From positions 82,380 to 146,379 of IMG/VR virus record IMGVR_UViG_3300000944_000006: a stretch of DNA of 64,000 bases; one strand, 5' to 3'. Origin of the DNA: a virus. Lineage: Duplodnaviria; Heunggongvirae; Uroviricota; Caudoviricetes. Both the position numbers and the translations under genes were made by a program. The notes below the pieces were generated by a model. It saw nothing but the letters and a program-made list of their open reading frames with translations. It ran no database searches and had not been told where the DNA came from. Shown here piece after piece: positions 38,150-48,447 of this stretch. Each line of letters starts with the position of its first letter. Within the stretch, counting starts at the first letter, position 1.

Positions 38150-38171
38150 AAAGTTTTGTCTAAGTGGTTGA

Positions 38172-39485
38172 TTAACCAGAGATATTTCTGATAAGCACCG
38201 ACCTAAAATAAATATTATCTCTACTCAAACCACCGTCATCAGTAACCGTATTTTGTAGGCTGTGAAGAGGGTTAGCAGTAATTGCATAACGTGTCTTAAA
38301 GCCGATACGTGGTTGAAACGAGTTTTCGCCAATTGCACGATACATTTCCATAGGAACGTATGGGCAATAGAAGATACCTGCGTCATAAGGTGTAGAACCT
38401 TTATAACCAACCGTCATGTATTCATAAGGGTTAGCAGTATCGCTAGATACGAAGAACGGGTCGATATATAGACGATATTGACCGTCAAGAATACCAACAA
38501 ACGTGTTATCAGGTTCGTTAACAACAAGACCTTCGGCAGTTTTAAACTTGCCTACGTTTGTTGAAAGACGGCCTGCTTGGGCAAGGGCATGAGCAACAGG
38601 GGCTGTTGTCAAAATCCAGTTACCGCGACCACGACGAGTCTGGCGACCAATTTCTGAAGCTTCAGTTGCGATAAGATAGTTAAGCTTTGCCCAACGTTCT
38701 TGTTCCCAACGTCCAGAACTGTCTGCTACGATATCGATTTCACCCGCAGTTGTAAGATTTTGTGCGCCAACTGTCGCCGCTTGGTTAATTGTGCGGATAA
38801 ACTGTTGGTTTTGCTCTTGTACAAGTTCGCGTGAAAGGATAGAAGCAAGTTCTGTTTCGACATCAATGCCTAAAAGCTTCTTAAGGTCGTGTGCTGTTTC
38901 AACAGACCATTGTGCTTTAAGACGGCGACCAACAGCAGTAACTGTTTTACGCTTGATGTCCATTGCCATTTCAGGCCAAGGGTCAGCAGCATTGTCTACG
39001 CCCGCAGCTTCCAATTCAGGTGTAGTGATACCATCACCTGTTGCGATATCTGCTGCAAATGGGTCTGTAGAATTATGAACACCATTACCAGAAAAGCCTG
39101 TGTCGACATTTTGGTAAAGGGCTTCAGGCCCGCCATGTGCTGTATAATGACTTGTCAACGCAAAGATAAGACCTGTTGGGCCTGTCATTGGCTGAACACC
39201 TGCAAGGTCGTATGCAATCATTTGTGGTTGACCACGGCGTACCATGCCGATAAGAATTGGGTCCCAACCTGTCCAACCAGACGTGTTGTTAGTAGGTGCA
39301 GCTTCATTAAGAACGCCGATAGTTTCGGAATTGTTAATAGAAGTGTTTTCCAACATCACAGCCATAGAACGCTTTTGATGGATATCAGTCATGGCAGGGC
39401 CAAGGTCTGTATCCTCAAGGATTGGTTTCCATTTGTTTACAAGATTGTCTTGCAAACTTTGTGTTTCGTTAAGTAAATCTGACAT
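38172..39485 (-). CDS. gp23: Major capsid protein
   Basis: KWKPILE, GVQPMTGPTGLIFA, YCPYVP, FQPRIGFKTRY. Confidence 0.98.
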   Translation of the reverse strand: MSDLLNETQSLQDNLVNKWKPILEDTDLGPAMTDIHQKRSMAVMLENTSINNSETIGVLNEAAPTNNTSGWTGWDPILIGMVRRGQPQMIAYDLAGVQPMTGPTGLIFALTSHYTAHGGPEALYQNVDTGFSGNGVHNSTDPFAADIATGDGITTPELEAAGVDNAADPWPEMAMDIKRKTVTAVGRRLKAQWSVETAHDLKKLLGIDVETELASILSRELVQEQNQQFIRTINQAATVGAQNLTTAGEIDIVADSSGRWEQERWAKLNYLIATEASEIGRQTRRGRGNWILTTAPVAHALAQAGRLSTNVGKFKTAEGLVVNEPDNTFVGILDGQYRLYIDPFFVSSDTANPYEYMTVGYKGSTPYDAGIFYCPYVPMEMYRAIGENSFQPRIGFKTRYAITANPLHSLQNTVTDDGGLSRDNIYFRSVLIRNISG

Positions 39486-39519
39486 TTAATTTATTCCTTT
39501 TGGTTGTCGCTTACTTTGT

Positions 39520-39527
39520 TATTTATA
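39520..39527 (-). promoter_or_regulatory. Late promoter (leadered, strong SD)
   Basis: TATAAATA, then AAAGGA SD before the gp23 ATG. Confidence 0.8.
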
Positions 39528-39531
39528 AAAT

Positions 39532-39561
39532 AAAAAACCCCACTCTTTCGAACGGGGTTTT
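39532..39561 (-). terminator. Terminator-like hairpin between gp22 and gp23
   Basis: AAAACCCC/GGGGTTTT arms followed by T-tract. Confidence 0.65.
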
Positions 39562-39594
39562 GAAAAGAAATACTATAAGTATGACATTGTGGGA

Positions 39595-41184
39595 TTATAG
39601 TAATTTCTTAGGTCTAATCTGCTCAAGAAGTGATTGTACACGCCCATGCATAGGGTCTGCACCTTCAGTAAGGTCTTCTTCACCATCTTCGTCTAGCAAA
39701 GCTTCGAATAATGTTTCGTCAGCAATCTTAAATCCACCAAAGTCTTCAAGAATAGTCTGAATGTCTTCAGTAAGGTCTTCTTCCTCTTGACTGATTGCAC
39801 TTTCAGTGATGTACTTATCTTTAATCAAGTTAAGACGGTTTTCGTAGTCTTGGTCATTAGTATAATCAACATCTTCTACAAGATTATCAAATACGTCTGC
39901 TTGGTCTGTTGATTCAAAAACAAACTTCTGACGAACCATTTGTTTACGAAGTGTTTCAACTTCTTCTGCTTGTGCTAGAATTTCTTCAGAAAGGTTAGTG
40001 ATAGTTTCGTTAAGATTACTATTTTCTTCCGACATATTTTCAATACGTGCTTCTGCTTTAGAATCAATATTAATGTTGTTATCTTCAAGAATTGTTAGAA
40101 TGCTTGTAACAACATCTTCGTTGATTGTTGCTTTAGTAGCACCTTCAACCATTTCTTGATTTTCCGCCATCCAATGTTTAACAGAATTTTCTAAATAACG
40201 TTCTGTTGCTTCTAGTAAATCTTCTTGAAAAGCTTCATTACTTTCATTCATGGACGCAATCATATTGACGCCAACTTCTAAAGTAAGTGACTTTAGACGG
40301 TCTTCCATGATTTTAGCCATAGCTTTGAACTGAACAACGTCTTCTTCTGAAAGGTCTTCATCTGTAATATCAGATACAGAAAGAGAAATGCCTTCGACAG
40401 CTTCGTCAAGAATATCATCCAAAGATTCTTTCATCTTTTTCATTTCTTTAACGTCTTTCTTATCGTCTTCGTCTTTATCTTCGGCTTCTTCGTCTTTTTC
40501 TTCTTTATCGTCGTCGTTGGTTAATTTACCTTCGTCTTCGTCTTTTTCATCAGATTCAGAATCGTCACCTTCGTCGTCGTCTTCATACATTTTTTTCTTT
40601 TTTTCAGTTATAGTTTTTTTATTCTTTTTATAACTGTCTTTGACAAAACCGTCTTCTTCTTCCATTTCATCTTTATCTTTGGAATCAGTTTCCATTTCGT
40701 CCATTTCGTCTTCATACTCTTCATCATCACGGCGCGTGACAGAATATTTTTCTGACATCTTTTTCATTTTTTCAGAAATAGATTTTTTATTCATTTTGTT
40801 TTTTGCGTTTGCAAATTTTTCGTCTGCTTCATCCATGTTGTCAGCATCTTTGTTAGAATCGTTTTTCTTTTGGTTTTTCATGGCTTCTTCTAAATCCTTT
40901 GCGTTATTGCCTTGATATTTATAATCGTTTTCTTTTGTTACACTTTCGAACAATCCATCGTATCCATACATTTTCATAAATTGGTCAAAATTGGCTTTCG
41001 CACCAAACTTTTTATTGTAGATACTTAATTCTTTTGAAAAGTCTTTTGCTTCGCTTCCACGTAATAGAGATGTACTTAAAGATAGTTTGTTTTTTATTTT
41101 TACTACGCCTTGGGCATTCATATCCCAATCATAGACGGGCTTTTTATTTTCTTTCAAATATTCTATTAGAGTTTTTTTAACCAT
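39595..41184 (-). CDS. gp22: Prohead core scaffold with long N-terminal extension
   Basis: Between gp21 and gp23; acidic coiled coil; ERYLENSVKHWMAEN motif; D/E/K-rich N half. Confidence 0.85.
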   Translation of the reverse strand: MVKKTLIEYLKENKKPVYDWDMNAQGVVKIKNKLSLSTSLLRGSEAKDFSKELSIYNKKFGAKANFDQFMKMYGYDGLFESVTKENDYKYQGNNAKDLEEAMKNQKKNDSNKDADNMDEADEKFANAKNKMNKKSISEKMKKMSEKYSVTRRDDEEYEDEMDEMETDSKDKDEMEEEDGFVKDSYKKNKKTITEKKKKMYEDDDEGDDSESDEKDEDEGKLTNDDDKEEKDEEAEDKDEDDKKDVKEMKKMKESLDDILDEAVEGISLSVSDITDEDLSEEDVVQFKAMAKIMEDRLKSLTLEVGVNMIASMNESNEAFQEDLLEATERYLENSVKHWMAENQEMVEGATKATINEDVVTSILTILEDNNINIDSKAEARIENMSEENSNLNETITNLSEEILAQAEEVETLRKQMVRQKFVFESTDQADVFDNLVEDVDYTNDQDYENRLNLIKDKYITESAISQEEEDLTEDIQTILEDFGGFKIADETLFEALLDEDGEEDLTEGADPMHGRVQSLLEQIRPKKLL

Positions 41185-41824
41185 TCTTCATCTCTTTCAT
41201 AAAACGTCCGAACGCCTTGATACGCATTTCATCACGCGCAGCACGGTCAACAGAAGGTCTTAAAACTTGTTCGACGATTTTTTCGACAGCAACACCATTA
41301 TCCCAAATCCATTCTTTATTTTCATAAAGAGCATTCATGAAGGCTTCTGGGGCTGAAGGGTCTGCAACAATATCACCTGCTGTGATGATATGCATCTTTT
41401 CGACCATCTTAGCGCGTGACGTTTCATTGATTGAACCTAATGCTCTTGAAGATACACCAAGATTAGCACCTGCTTTGATAAGACCAATAGCAGTTTTACC
41501 ACATGCAGTTTCTTCTGCTATACGCGCACGTCCGATAAAATTGTTACCATCAGCTTTTAAAGATTCAATAATATGTGATACATTCTTCAAAGAAACATTG
41601 GCATTTTTAGGATGGTCAAGTTCGCCATAAGCAGTTTTCTTGGCAACTTTAGCTTCTATGTACCTAGAAACAGATTCATTCATTATATTAAATGGATATA
41701 TACGTCCGTTACCATTCTTAATTTCTGCTTGCATGAATATGCCAGAAATATAATGATGTTTCTTGTCGCCAATTTTAGCTTCTTCTAAAGTGACTTCTTC
41801 TGATATTTCTCTAAGAAGCTGCAT
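41177..41824 (-). CDS. gp21: Prohead protease
   Basis: GIFMQAEIKNGNGRIYP, GELDHP, GVSSRALG, DIVADPSAP. Confidence 0.96.
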   Translation of the reverse strand: MQLLREISEEVTLEEAKIGDKKHHYISGIFMQAEIKNGNGRIYPFNIMNESVSRYIEAKVAKKTAYGELDHPKNANVSLKNVSHIIESLKADGNNFIGRARIAEETACGKTAIGLIKAGANLGVSSRALGSINETSRAKMVEKMHIITAGDIVADPSAPEAFMNALYENKEWIWDNGVAVEKIVEQVLRPSVDRAARDEMRIKAFGRFMKEMKNG

Positions 41825-41827
41825 CTA

Positions 41828-42322
41828 TTATAGTCCTCTTGCTAAACGTTTTTTGATTGCTTTTTTGAATAGGCGTGTGCGCTTTTTGAGAATAGACCCT
41901 TTTGATTTAAGCGTCTTCTTACGCTTTTTCTGTGACTTACGAAGAGTAGCTTTTTCAGAACCAGAAATCTTTACACACTTATTGTCAACAAGTTTAAAGC
42001 CTTTACCACACTTTTTCTTAATGCGCTTTTCACCTTTAGAATTGATTTTAATAACACGACGAATTTTTTCACTAAGTTCTTCATCTTCTTCATTAATAGT
42101 AGACCAGAAATAAAAAGCTTCTGGGTCAAATTCTTCGTTTTCATCAACGATTTGTGCATCTTCGATTTCAACTTCTTTGTTTTCATACACCGCTTGTTTA
42201 ATAACTGCTTCATAGCTAGAAAATTCGTTTTCTAGCATAGTATCAAGTTTTTCAGATACTATATTGCGGGCCTCTTGAAGATTACCGTCTTTGATTTGTT
42301 CGATTAGATTTTTATCCATCAT
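41828..42322 (-). CDS. Prohead core protein (gp67/gp68-like position; acidic N, basic C)
   Basis: Between portal and protease; typical basic tail. Confidence 0.65.
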   Translation of the reverse strand: MMDKNLIEQIKDGNLQEARNIVSEKLDTMLENEFSSYEAVIKQAVYENKEVEIEDAQIVDENEEFDPEAFYFWSTINEEDEELSEKIRRVIKINSKGEKRIKKKCGKGFKLVDNKCVKISGSEKATLRKSQKKRKKTLKSKGSILKKRTRLFKKAIKKRLARGL

Positions 42323-42344
42323 TTTTACCTTTTGATTCTTTAAA

Positions 42345-42352
42345 TATTTATA
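42345..42352 (-). promoter_or_regulatory. Late promoter (leadered)
   Basis: TATAAATA with AAAGG SD. Confidence 0.75.
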
Positions 42353-42357
42353 ATTAT

Positions 42358-44121
42358 TTATTTTTTGTTTTTACTTCCTATACCAAACTTAGATTTGTCT
42401 GGGAACTTAGGTGCAGAATTGTCGTTATCAGGCCTTTCTTTTTCTTCATCGCCTTCTTTATCGTCATTTTTCTTAGATGGAAAACCGCCCCCGTCTCCGC
42501 CATCATCTTCTTCATCGCCAAAACCACCTTCACCGCCAAATTCATCTTCTGGATTTTCTTCATTGCCAAGTGGTTTATCAAACTGCTCAACGTCTTTTTC
42601 AGCTTTGATTTGCTTATCGTTTTCGGCAATTTCTTCGTCTGTCTGAAAGAGTACATTTTTACGCAACCAATCATTAGAGTAATATACACCACGATAATCA
42701 ATCATTTCTGTTAGAAGAGAGATTCTTTCTCTTGATATTTCAAGTGATTTAAGTTCTGTGAAATAAGAATCATTTGTAAAGTCGAACATGATATCGTCTT
42801 TGATAGTTTCCCATTCAGCAGCCGTTGTAAGACCTTTTAAAATAAGTTGTATGCGAAGGGCTTGTTTGAATATTTCAATGAATTTTTCACGCAGACCGTC
42901 TGTAAACTTTTTAAAATTAAGTTCGTCGCGTGATATTTCACTGGCACGTCCAAGAACATTTCCTGAATCTGGTTCAAGACGTGATAGGGGTATATTAAGA
43001 CTTTCGTTTAGATTACGTTTGAAAAATTCAACATCTTCAACTTCACCTAGATTTTGACCGCCTTGAAGGTTAGACACTTCCGTACCTTTACCGTCTGAAC
43101 GTGGTAGCCAAAAGTCATCTTGCATCATCATTTGGTTAGTTGTGTCTTTAAGTGAACCTGTGTTTCCGTCATAAGTAATTTTATTTTTATATGTACTCAT
43201 GATACGACGAATATATCCTTCCGCCTTAGACTTCGGCATATTACCAACATCAATATAAAAAACACGTCTTTCTGGCGCTCTTGCAAGACGATAAATGATA
43301 AGAGAGTCTTCCATAAGTTTTAATTGATTATATGGCTTTGCAGCTTTTTCTAAGTGTGAAAGAACAACATCTCTTTCAAAATCTATAATACCAGACCATG
43401 CATATAAAAGATTATGTTCATTAAATAATATGTTTTGGTTTTGTGCGGTATTATAAGTCGAATTAGACGCCTTTTTATTATCGTTCATAGGCTGATATAG
43501 AAAATATCTTTTTACGCCTTTAGAAACTGTCTGTCCTGTTTCTGCGTCTGTTTCTTGGAGAACACGTTTTATTTTTGTTACTTTAGCCGCGTCAATCTTG
43601 TTAAATCTTTTTATGCCGTCTTTTGGCTTCTTTTTATTGATACATATTTCGTAATATATTTCGCCTTCGATATAAAAATTCTTGAACATGTCTTGGCCCA
43701 TTGTCCGAAAATTTAAAAGTTTTAATATCTTTTCAAATTCCTCTTTAACGGTTTCTTTCATTTCATCTTTGATATTAGACTCTTCAAGATTAAGTTCTAC
43801 GATAGCTTTACGATTTTCAACAACAATACATTCGTTAACAACAGCTTCGATAGCCTTACTGACTTCGTTTGATAATGCCATTTTACGATATATTTTAATC
43901 TTACGTTTTCTATCACTCGAAGCTGCTGTAGACTGTGTGATGTTAAGATTGATAGAACGTTGTGCGTCTGGACGGTCTTGCGAATAATAATCAAAAGTTG
44001 TGAATGAACCATCGTTTTCAAGTTCACTGAACGTACCAACTTCTGTCTTTATGGGATTTTGGACTTTTTCTTCTTTTTTGCCGAAAAAATTGTAAAGAAA
44101 GCCGAATCTATTATTAGCCAT
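42358..44121 (-). CDS. gp20: Portal vertex protein
   Basis: IYRLARAPERRVFYIDVGNMP, DDFWLPR, LPGG-equivalent LQGGQNLG. Confidence 0.97.
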   Translation of the reverse strand: MANNRFGFLYNFFGKKEEKVQNPIKTEVGTFSELENDGSFTTFDYYSQDRPDAQRSINLNITQSTAASSDRKRKIKIYRKMALSNEVSKAIEAVVNECIVVENRKAIVELNLEESNIKDEMKETVKEEFEKILKLLNFRTMGQDMFKNFYIEGEIYYEICINKKKPKDGIKRFNKIDAAKVTKIKRVLQETDAETGQTVSKGVKRYFLYQPMNDNKKASNSTYNTAQNQNILFNEHNLLYAWSGIIDFERDVVLSHLEKAAKPYNQLKLMEDSLIIYRLARAPERRVFYIDVGNMPKSKAEGYIRRIMSTYKNKITYDGNTGSLKDTTNQMMMQDDFWLPRSDGKGTEVSNLQGGQNLGEVEDVEFFKRNLNESLNIPLSRLEPDSGNVLGRASEISRDELNFKKFTDGLREKFIEIFKQALRIQLILKGLTTAAEWETIKDDIMFDFTNDSYFTELKSLEISRERISLLTEMIDYRGVYYSNDWLRKNVLFQTDEEIAENDKQIKAEKDVEQFDKPLGNEENPEDEFGGEGGFGDEEDDGGDGGGFPSKKNDDKEGDEEKERPDNDNSAPKFPDKSKFGIGSKNKK

Positions 44122-44149
44122 TTTTGCCTTAAATATTAAACTATAGATT

Positions 44150-44157
44150 TATTTATA
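44150..44157 (-). promoter_or_regulatory. Late promoter (leadered)
   Basis: TATAAATA with AAGG SD before gp20. Confidence 0.75.
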
Positions 44158-44175
44158 ATTTCTTTTCAATTCGAC

Positions 44176-44203
44176 TTGACAATGCTGTCATAATCGGTAT
44201 TAT
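44176..44203 (+). promoter_or_regulatory. sigma70-type promoter
   Basis: TTGACA-N16-TATTAT, followed by TAGGAG SD. Confidence 0.65.
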
Positions 44204-44218
44204 GTAATTGTAGGAGAA

Positions 44219-44644
44219 ATGATTATGCTTACTATGACAGAACAATACAAAGTTGCTGAAAACATTGCTATTGCTGCTCACCGCGACCAAAAATATAGTG
44301 TCTATGACTACTTCAACTATCACGTTATGGGCGTTGTCAAAAGAGTTCATACATACGAACACAAGATTGTCGCCATGCTTCATGACGTTGTTGAAGATAG
44401 TGATGTTACTCTTGAAGACCTTCTCGAAGCAGGTATTGAAAAACGTCTTGTAGAAGCTGTTGCGCTTCTGACAAAGACTGATGATACTGTTATTGAAGAC
44501 TATTTAGCCGCTATCAAAGAAAACAAGCTTGCTCTTGTTGTGAAGAAAGCTGATATGGGCTTTAACCTTGAAAACAACATTAAAGAAGGAAACCTTGCCC
44601 GCTTTACAAAATATAGCGAGCAAATGAAAATACTTCTAGCTTAA
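44219..44644 (+). CDS. HD-domain protein, (p)ppGpp hydrolase-like (Mesh1/SAH)
   Basis: AHRDQ...YH...AMLHDVVED...VKKAD..FNL. Confidence 0.8.
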   Translation: MIMLTMTEQYKVAENIAIAAHRDQKYSVYDYFNYHVMGVVKRVHTYEHKIVAMLHDVVEDSDVTLEDLLEAGIEKRLVEAVALLTKTDDTVIEDYLAAIKENKLALVVKKADMGFNLENNIKEGNLARFTKYSEQMKILLA

Positions 44645-45159
44645 GACGTTTCTGATGATGTCCAATAGTCGTATGCAAGCGTCACTTCAAACCGTTGAAG
44701 TTCATCATTTGATGACATATCAAGTTCAATAGCAGCAACGTTTGTCGGAAATATATTGACAAAGTTAAACTGTTTTATAGGCAGGCCATTCAAAGAAAGT
44801 TGGTTCACTGTAGCGTTTCCATAAGGATTTGCTAATGTGCGTGTATTTCCTTCATGTGAATTGATACCATTCATCCACGCTACGAAAGCGTCATGAATAC
44901 GATAGTTTTCGTCATTAAGAACTGTGATATTCCACTCTTCAAAAGTTCTATCGCCATGTATTTTACATACACGTCCCATATAAGGAACTTCGATAATACC
45001 CATTGTTGAAGCAGGAATTTGTGTCGCAGTCGCTAGAAACGGAAAGTCAAGAAGTGCTTGTGCATTTGCAATTTCAAGAGGAAATCCCATAAAAACCTGA
45101 AATTTATTTGTTCTCGCAGGGTTTTGATATGCAGCTTTAAATTGTGAAAGATTAGGCAT
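44641..45159 (-). CDS. gp19: Tail tube protein
   Basis: ARTNKFQV, GDRTFEEWNITVLND, IFPTNV. Confidence 0.95.
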   Translation of the reverse strand: MPNLSQFKAAYQNPARTNKFQVFMGFPLEIANAQALLDFPFLATATQIPASTMGIIEVPYMGRVCKIHGDRTFEEWNITVLNDENYRIHDAFVAWMNGINSHEGNTRTLANPYGNATVNQLSLNGLPIKQFNFVNIFPTNVAAIELDMSSNDELQRFEVTLAYDYWTSSETS

Positions 45160-45177
45160 TTTTATAGTTTTCCTTTA

Positions 45178-46734
45178 TTATTGACCTAGATTGACTTGTA
45201 CTTCACCTGTACGTTCAGCACGGATTGTAACATCAATGAAGTTGATTGAACGTGTTGGTTGCAAACGAATTGTGCAAACAAGTATTTGTTGGTCGACAAT
45301 ATCATCTGGATTGTTTGTATCGTCACATATAATTTCAAAAGCTGTTATACCACGCTTACCTTGAATATCTTCAAGAATAGGACGTAGCGTGTTTTCATAA
45401 TTTTGACGTGTGATTTCGTCGTTAAATTCAAACAAGAAGAAACGACTTGTGCGACATACAGTTCTATTAACAAAGTTAAACAAGCGCCTGACATTAACAC
45501 TTCCGAATGCAGAAGGTCGTGAAAGAAGTGTTCTGTCGCCAAACAATACAATACCGTCACTTTGGAACTTAACAATAGGGTTAATGCCGTTGCGATAAAG
45601 TTCGTCACGTTCGATTTTAGTAGGATTCCATGCAAGTTTTACTGCATTACGAATTTGACCACGATTAAGACCCGCAGGAGATTCCCAAGCTTCTGTTGTA
45701 CTTGACATAAGACCTGCAACATCTGAATTACATGGTATCCAACGGAAAACATCGTTATAACGGTCATAGAAATATTTCCAGTTATTGTCCATTACGCCAA
45801 AAGATGAAGAACCGATTGCAGTACGATATGTAAGAACGTTTTCAAGACGATTGTTCGCATTAAGAACGTCTGCTAAATCTGGTGAAAAACATGCGATAGT
45901 GTCGTTACGATTTTCCGCAAGAGATTTCACATATGTATCAACAACAACACCTGCACCACCTGTAAACATAATAGGCGTGTCAGTGTCTTCTGTATTAGCA
46001 AATAAATCCCATGCTGTGTTACGTTCGCCATCAGTAGGCGCTGCTGAAACACCACCTTCTAGTTGATAATCGCCTGCAACAGGCGTATCAATAGAATATA
46101 TGTAACGAGACATTTCATTTACCCATGATTTTACATATACATTAGTACCGTCAAGATTACGTGTTCCTGATGTTGTAGATGCAAATGGATAACGTTCTAA
46201 GACAGTACCTTTTACACCTGTAATTGCTCCAGTAGAATCTACAACTATAACATGAACTTCCCCCGCGTCTGGTGCAGCCGTGAATTGGTTTTTATAAGGC
46301 CATGCATCAAAGCTTGTTGTATCTGCTACTGATACGAAAATTGAATTGCCATAATCGCCTTTGTAACGTGCGGCAAAAAAGAAACCTGAAAGGGCTTGTG
46401 TATCAAAACTATCACGATTTGAAACGTTTAGTTCAGGGTCTGCAAAGCTTGCGTCCCGCGCATTTTGTGCTGCTGCTGCATCTGCACGAACGACAAATAA
46501 TGAACCTGAATATGTTAAGAAATTTTCTGCTGAAAGTAAATCAACATAATTTGTATCAGTTGGGCGTCCAAAAATACTAACTAAGTCGCGTGAATTTGCA
46601 ACTTGAATAACTTCATTACATGGGCCGTATTCAAAATTACCTACGAATGCGGCAGAACGTGTTGCGACAGCAACAGTTGTTTGCGTAAAATCTATATTTG
46701 TGATGTTAACGCTTGGACTTAGAAAATTTTCCAT
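45178..46734 (-). CDS. gp18: Tail sheath protein (short form, 518 aa)
   Basis: FLSPSVN, SPAGLNRG, FGDRT, NVRRLF, QPTRSINFI. Confidence 0.95.
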   Translation of the reverse strand: MENFLSPSVNITNIDFTQTTVAVATRSAAFVGNFEYGPCNEVIQVANSRDLVSIFGRPTDTNYVDLLSAENFLTYSGSLFVVRADAAAAQNARDASFADPELNVSNRDSFDTQALSGFFFAARYKGDYGNSIFVSVADTTSFDAWPYKNQFTAAPDAGEVHVIVVDSTGAITGVKGTVLERYPFASTTSGTRNLDGTNVYVKSWVNEMSRYIYSIDTPVAGDYQLEGGVSAAPTDGERNTAWDLFANTEDTDTPIMFTGGAGVVVDTYVKSLAENRNDTIACFSPDLADVLNANNRLENVLTYRTAIGSSSFGVMDNNWKYFYDRYNDVFRWIPCNSDVAGLMSSTTEAWESPAGLNRGQIRNAVKLAWNPTKIERDELYRNGINPIVKFQSDGIVLFGDRTLLSRPSAFGSVNVRRLFNFVNRTVCRTSRFFLFEFNDEITRQNYENTLRPILEDIQGKRGITAFEIICDDTNNPDDIVDQQILVCTIRLQPTRSINFIDVTIRAERTGEVQVNLGQ

Positions 46735-46774
46735 CTTTTATAAAAACCTTTTTTTATATTTTTTATTCTATGGT

Positions 46775-46782
46775 TATTTATA
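46775..46782 (-). promoter_or_regulatory. Late promoter (leadered)
   Basis: TATAAATA about 40 nt upstream of the gp18 ATG. Confidence 0.75.
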
Positions 46783-46794
46783 AAAGCTTTTTTT

Positions 46795-48447
46795 CTAAAA
46801 CCATGAAGCATCGCCGTCTGGGTTACTATAGACATTTGCATCTTCGTCATTTAAACCAAACGTTTCGTTGGTACTGAAAAATCCTACTGGTATTAAAGAT
46901 TCTTCAATTTTTTCTATATCGACATCTAAAATTTCTTTTCGAACAGATGAATCTGACATTTCGGAAAATATCTTATCACTCACTAGCCAACCAAATAAAA
47001 CAAGGGTCATGACAATATCGTCGTTTTTACCTTCGTCTGCCTGAAATGTACCGCCCCGCGCACTATCTTTAAAAATAAATGTTTTAAATTCATCAATTGT
47101 GTCTTCGTCTTGGATAAGAATTTTTTTATTTTCTATTAAAGATTTAATATTAGAGCATCCAATTTTCTTAACAGAAGATGTCATACGAACACCTTTAGAT
47201 GTTCCGCGTACCATACCATAAGATAAAATTTGACCACTTGCGCCTTTACTTTTAACCGCGAAAATATTTTCGTATTCAAGTTCGTCCCAAAGACTTTCCG
47301 CAACGCCAAATCCAAGGTCGTTAAGTTCTATAAGAACAAATGCATTATTATATGTAACGCCTAAATTTAAAATAATTTCTGGAACAGATAGTGGGGATAT
47401 CGTGTTAGAACGATATTGGGCGCAATATTTAAACGGCATTTCTGTCACATCCATGACCGAACAAACTGTGTAGTCTAATCCTTTACCATGTGCGACATCA
47501 ACAGTGATGATATATTCGCGGTCTTTTTCTGGCTTATGATATATTTTTAAATCACCAGACCTTTCAAGTGGTTCAATATGTGCCATGTTCTTTAAAGTTG
47601 CTGCTGATATAAGTGTACCTGAAGACCCTTGGAAGTCATTACCAAATTCTTGTGCAAAACGTTGTTCGCCAATATTTCTTATGGTTGTTTCTCTCCATAC
47701 ATCATCTCGCTTAGGATGTTGCCACCAATCGACACGATATGCTGTATAATCATTATTTCCTTGTTCTGCATCTATCCATGTCTTGTAAAAGTGGTTCAAT
47801 CCTTTTGGTGTAGATACAATTATAAGTTTAGAATCTTCGGAACCTGAAATAGACGGATATGTAGACGCAATAAATGCGTCTGCGACATTTGTTTGAATAT
47901 GTGCAAATTCGTCAAGAAGAACGAAGTTAGGTGTATCACCACGAAGTGAATTTTCGGTTGTTGCTTCGCAAAATATTGTCGAACCATTTTCAAATTCTAT
48001 GGATGTTTTATTATATTCTTTTATACCGTGCTGCATCCACATAGGAATGTTTTCGATTATAAGCTTTACGTCCTTTAAAAGTTCTTTAGCCATTTTTGCA
48101 GTATTGGCAAGCAGCGCACATCTCATATTTGATTGAAAGATTGCAAACCAAGCAACATAAGAACATACGGACACCGATTTTCCCATCTGACGACTTTGCA
48201 TAGAAATTACGAAACGGTTTTCGTGTATTTCTTTGATAAAGCCTTCTTGATAATCTCTTGGTACAAAAGGAACTATCTTTCCGTTGTCTACAATCTTTGT
48301 GTAGTTTTTAAAAAAATACATGTAGTCTTTTTTACACCTAATCACTTCACGCATCTGTGCGTCTGTAAGTGGTATTTGTACATTTGCTCGCCTTAGGCCA
48401 TTAATGTTTTTATAAAATATATTTTGATTATTCATCATCGTTAGCAT
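46795..48447 (-). CDS. gp17: Terminase large subunit
   Basis: SRQMGKS, LLDEFAH, VSTPKG, DVAHG, DDIVM. Confidence 0.97.
   Translation of the reverse strand: MLTMMNNQNIFYKNINGLRRANVQIPLTDAQMREVIRCKKDYMYFFKNYTKIVDNGKIVPFVPRDYQEGFIKEIHENRFVISMQSRQMGKSVSVCSYVAWFAIFQSNMRCALLANTAKMAKELLKDVKLIIENIPMWMQHGIKEYNKTSIEFENGSTIFCEATTENSLRGDTPNFVLLDEFAHIQTNVADAFIASTYPSISGSEDSKLIIVSTPKGLNHFYKTWIDAEQGNNDYTAYRVDWWQHPKRDDVWRETTIRNIGEQRFAQEFGNDFQGSSGTLISAATLKNMAHIEPLERSGDLKIYHKPEKDREYIITVDVAHGKGLDYTVCSVMDVTEMPFKYCAQYRSNTISPLSVPEIILNLGVTYNNAFVLIELNDLGFGVAESLWDELEYENIFAVKSKGASGQILSYGMVRGTSKGVRMTSSVKKIGCSNIKSLIENKKILIQDEDTIDEFKTFIFKDSARGGTFQADEGKNDDIVMTLVLFGWLVSDKIFSEMSDSSVRKEILDVDIEKIEESLIPVGFFSTNETFGLNDEDANVYSNPDGDASWF

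Noticed and set aside
40380-40900. TCTTCATC-type nucleotide repeats in gp22 and at the portal C-terminus
   Set aside because: They arise from Asp/Glu-rich low-complexity coding, not an independent DNA repeat element.
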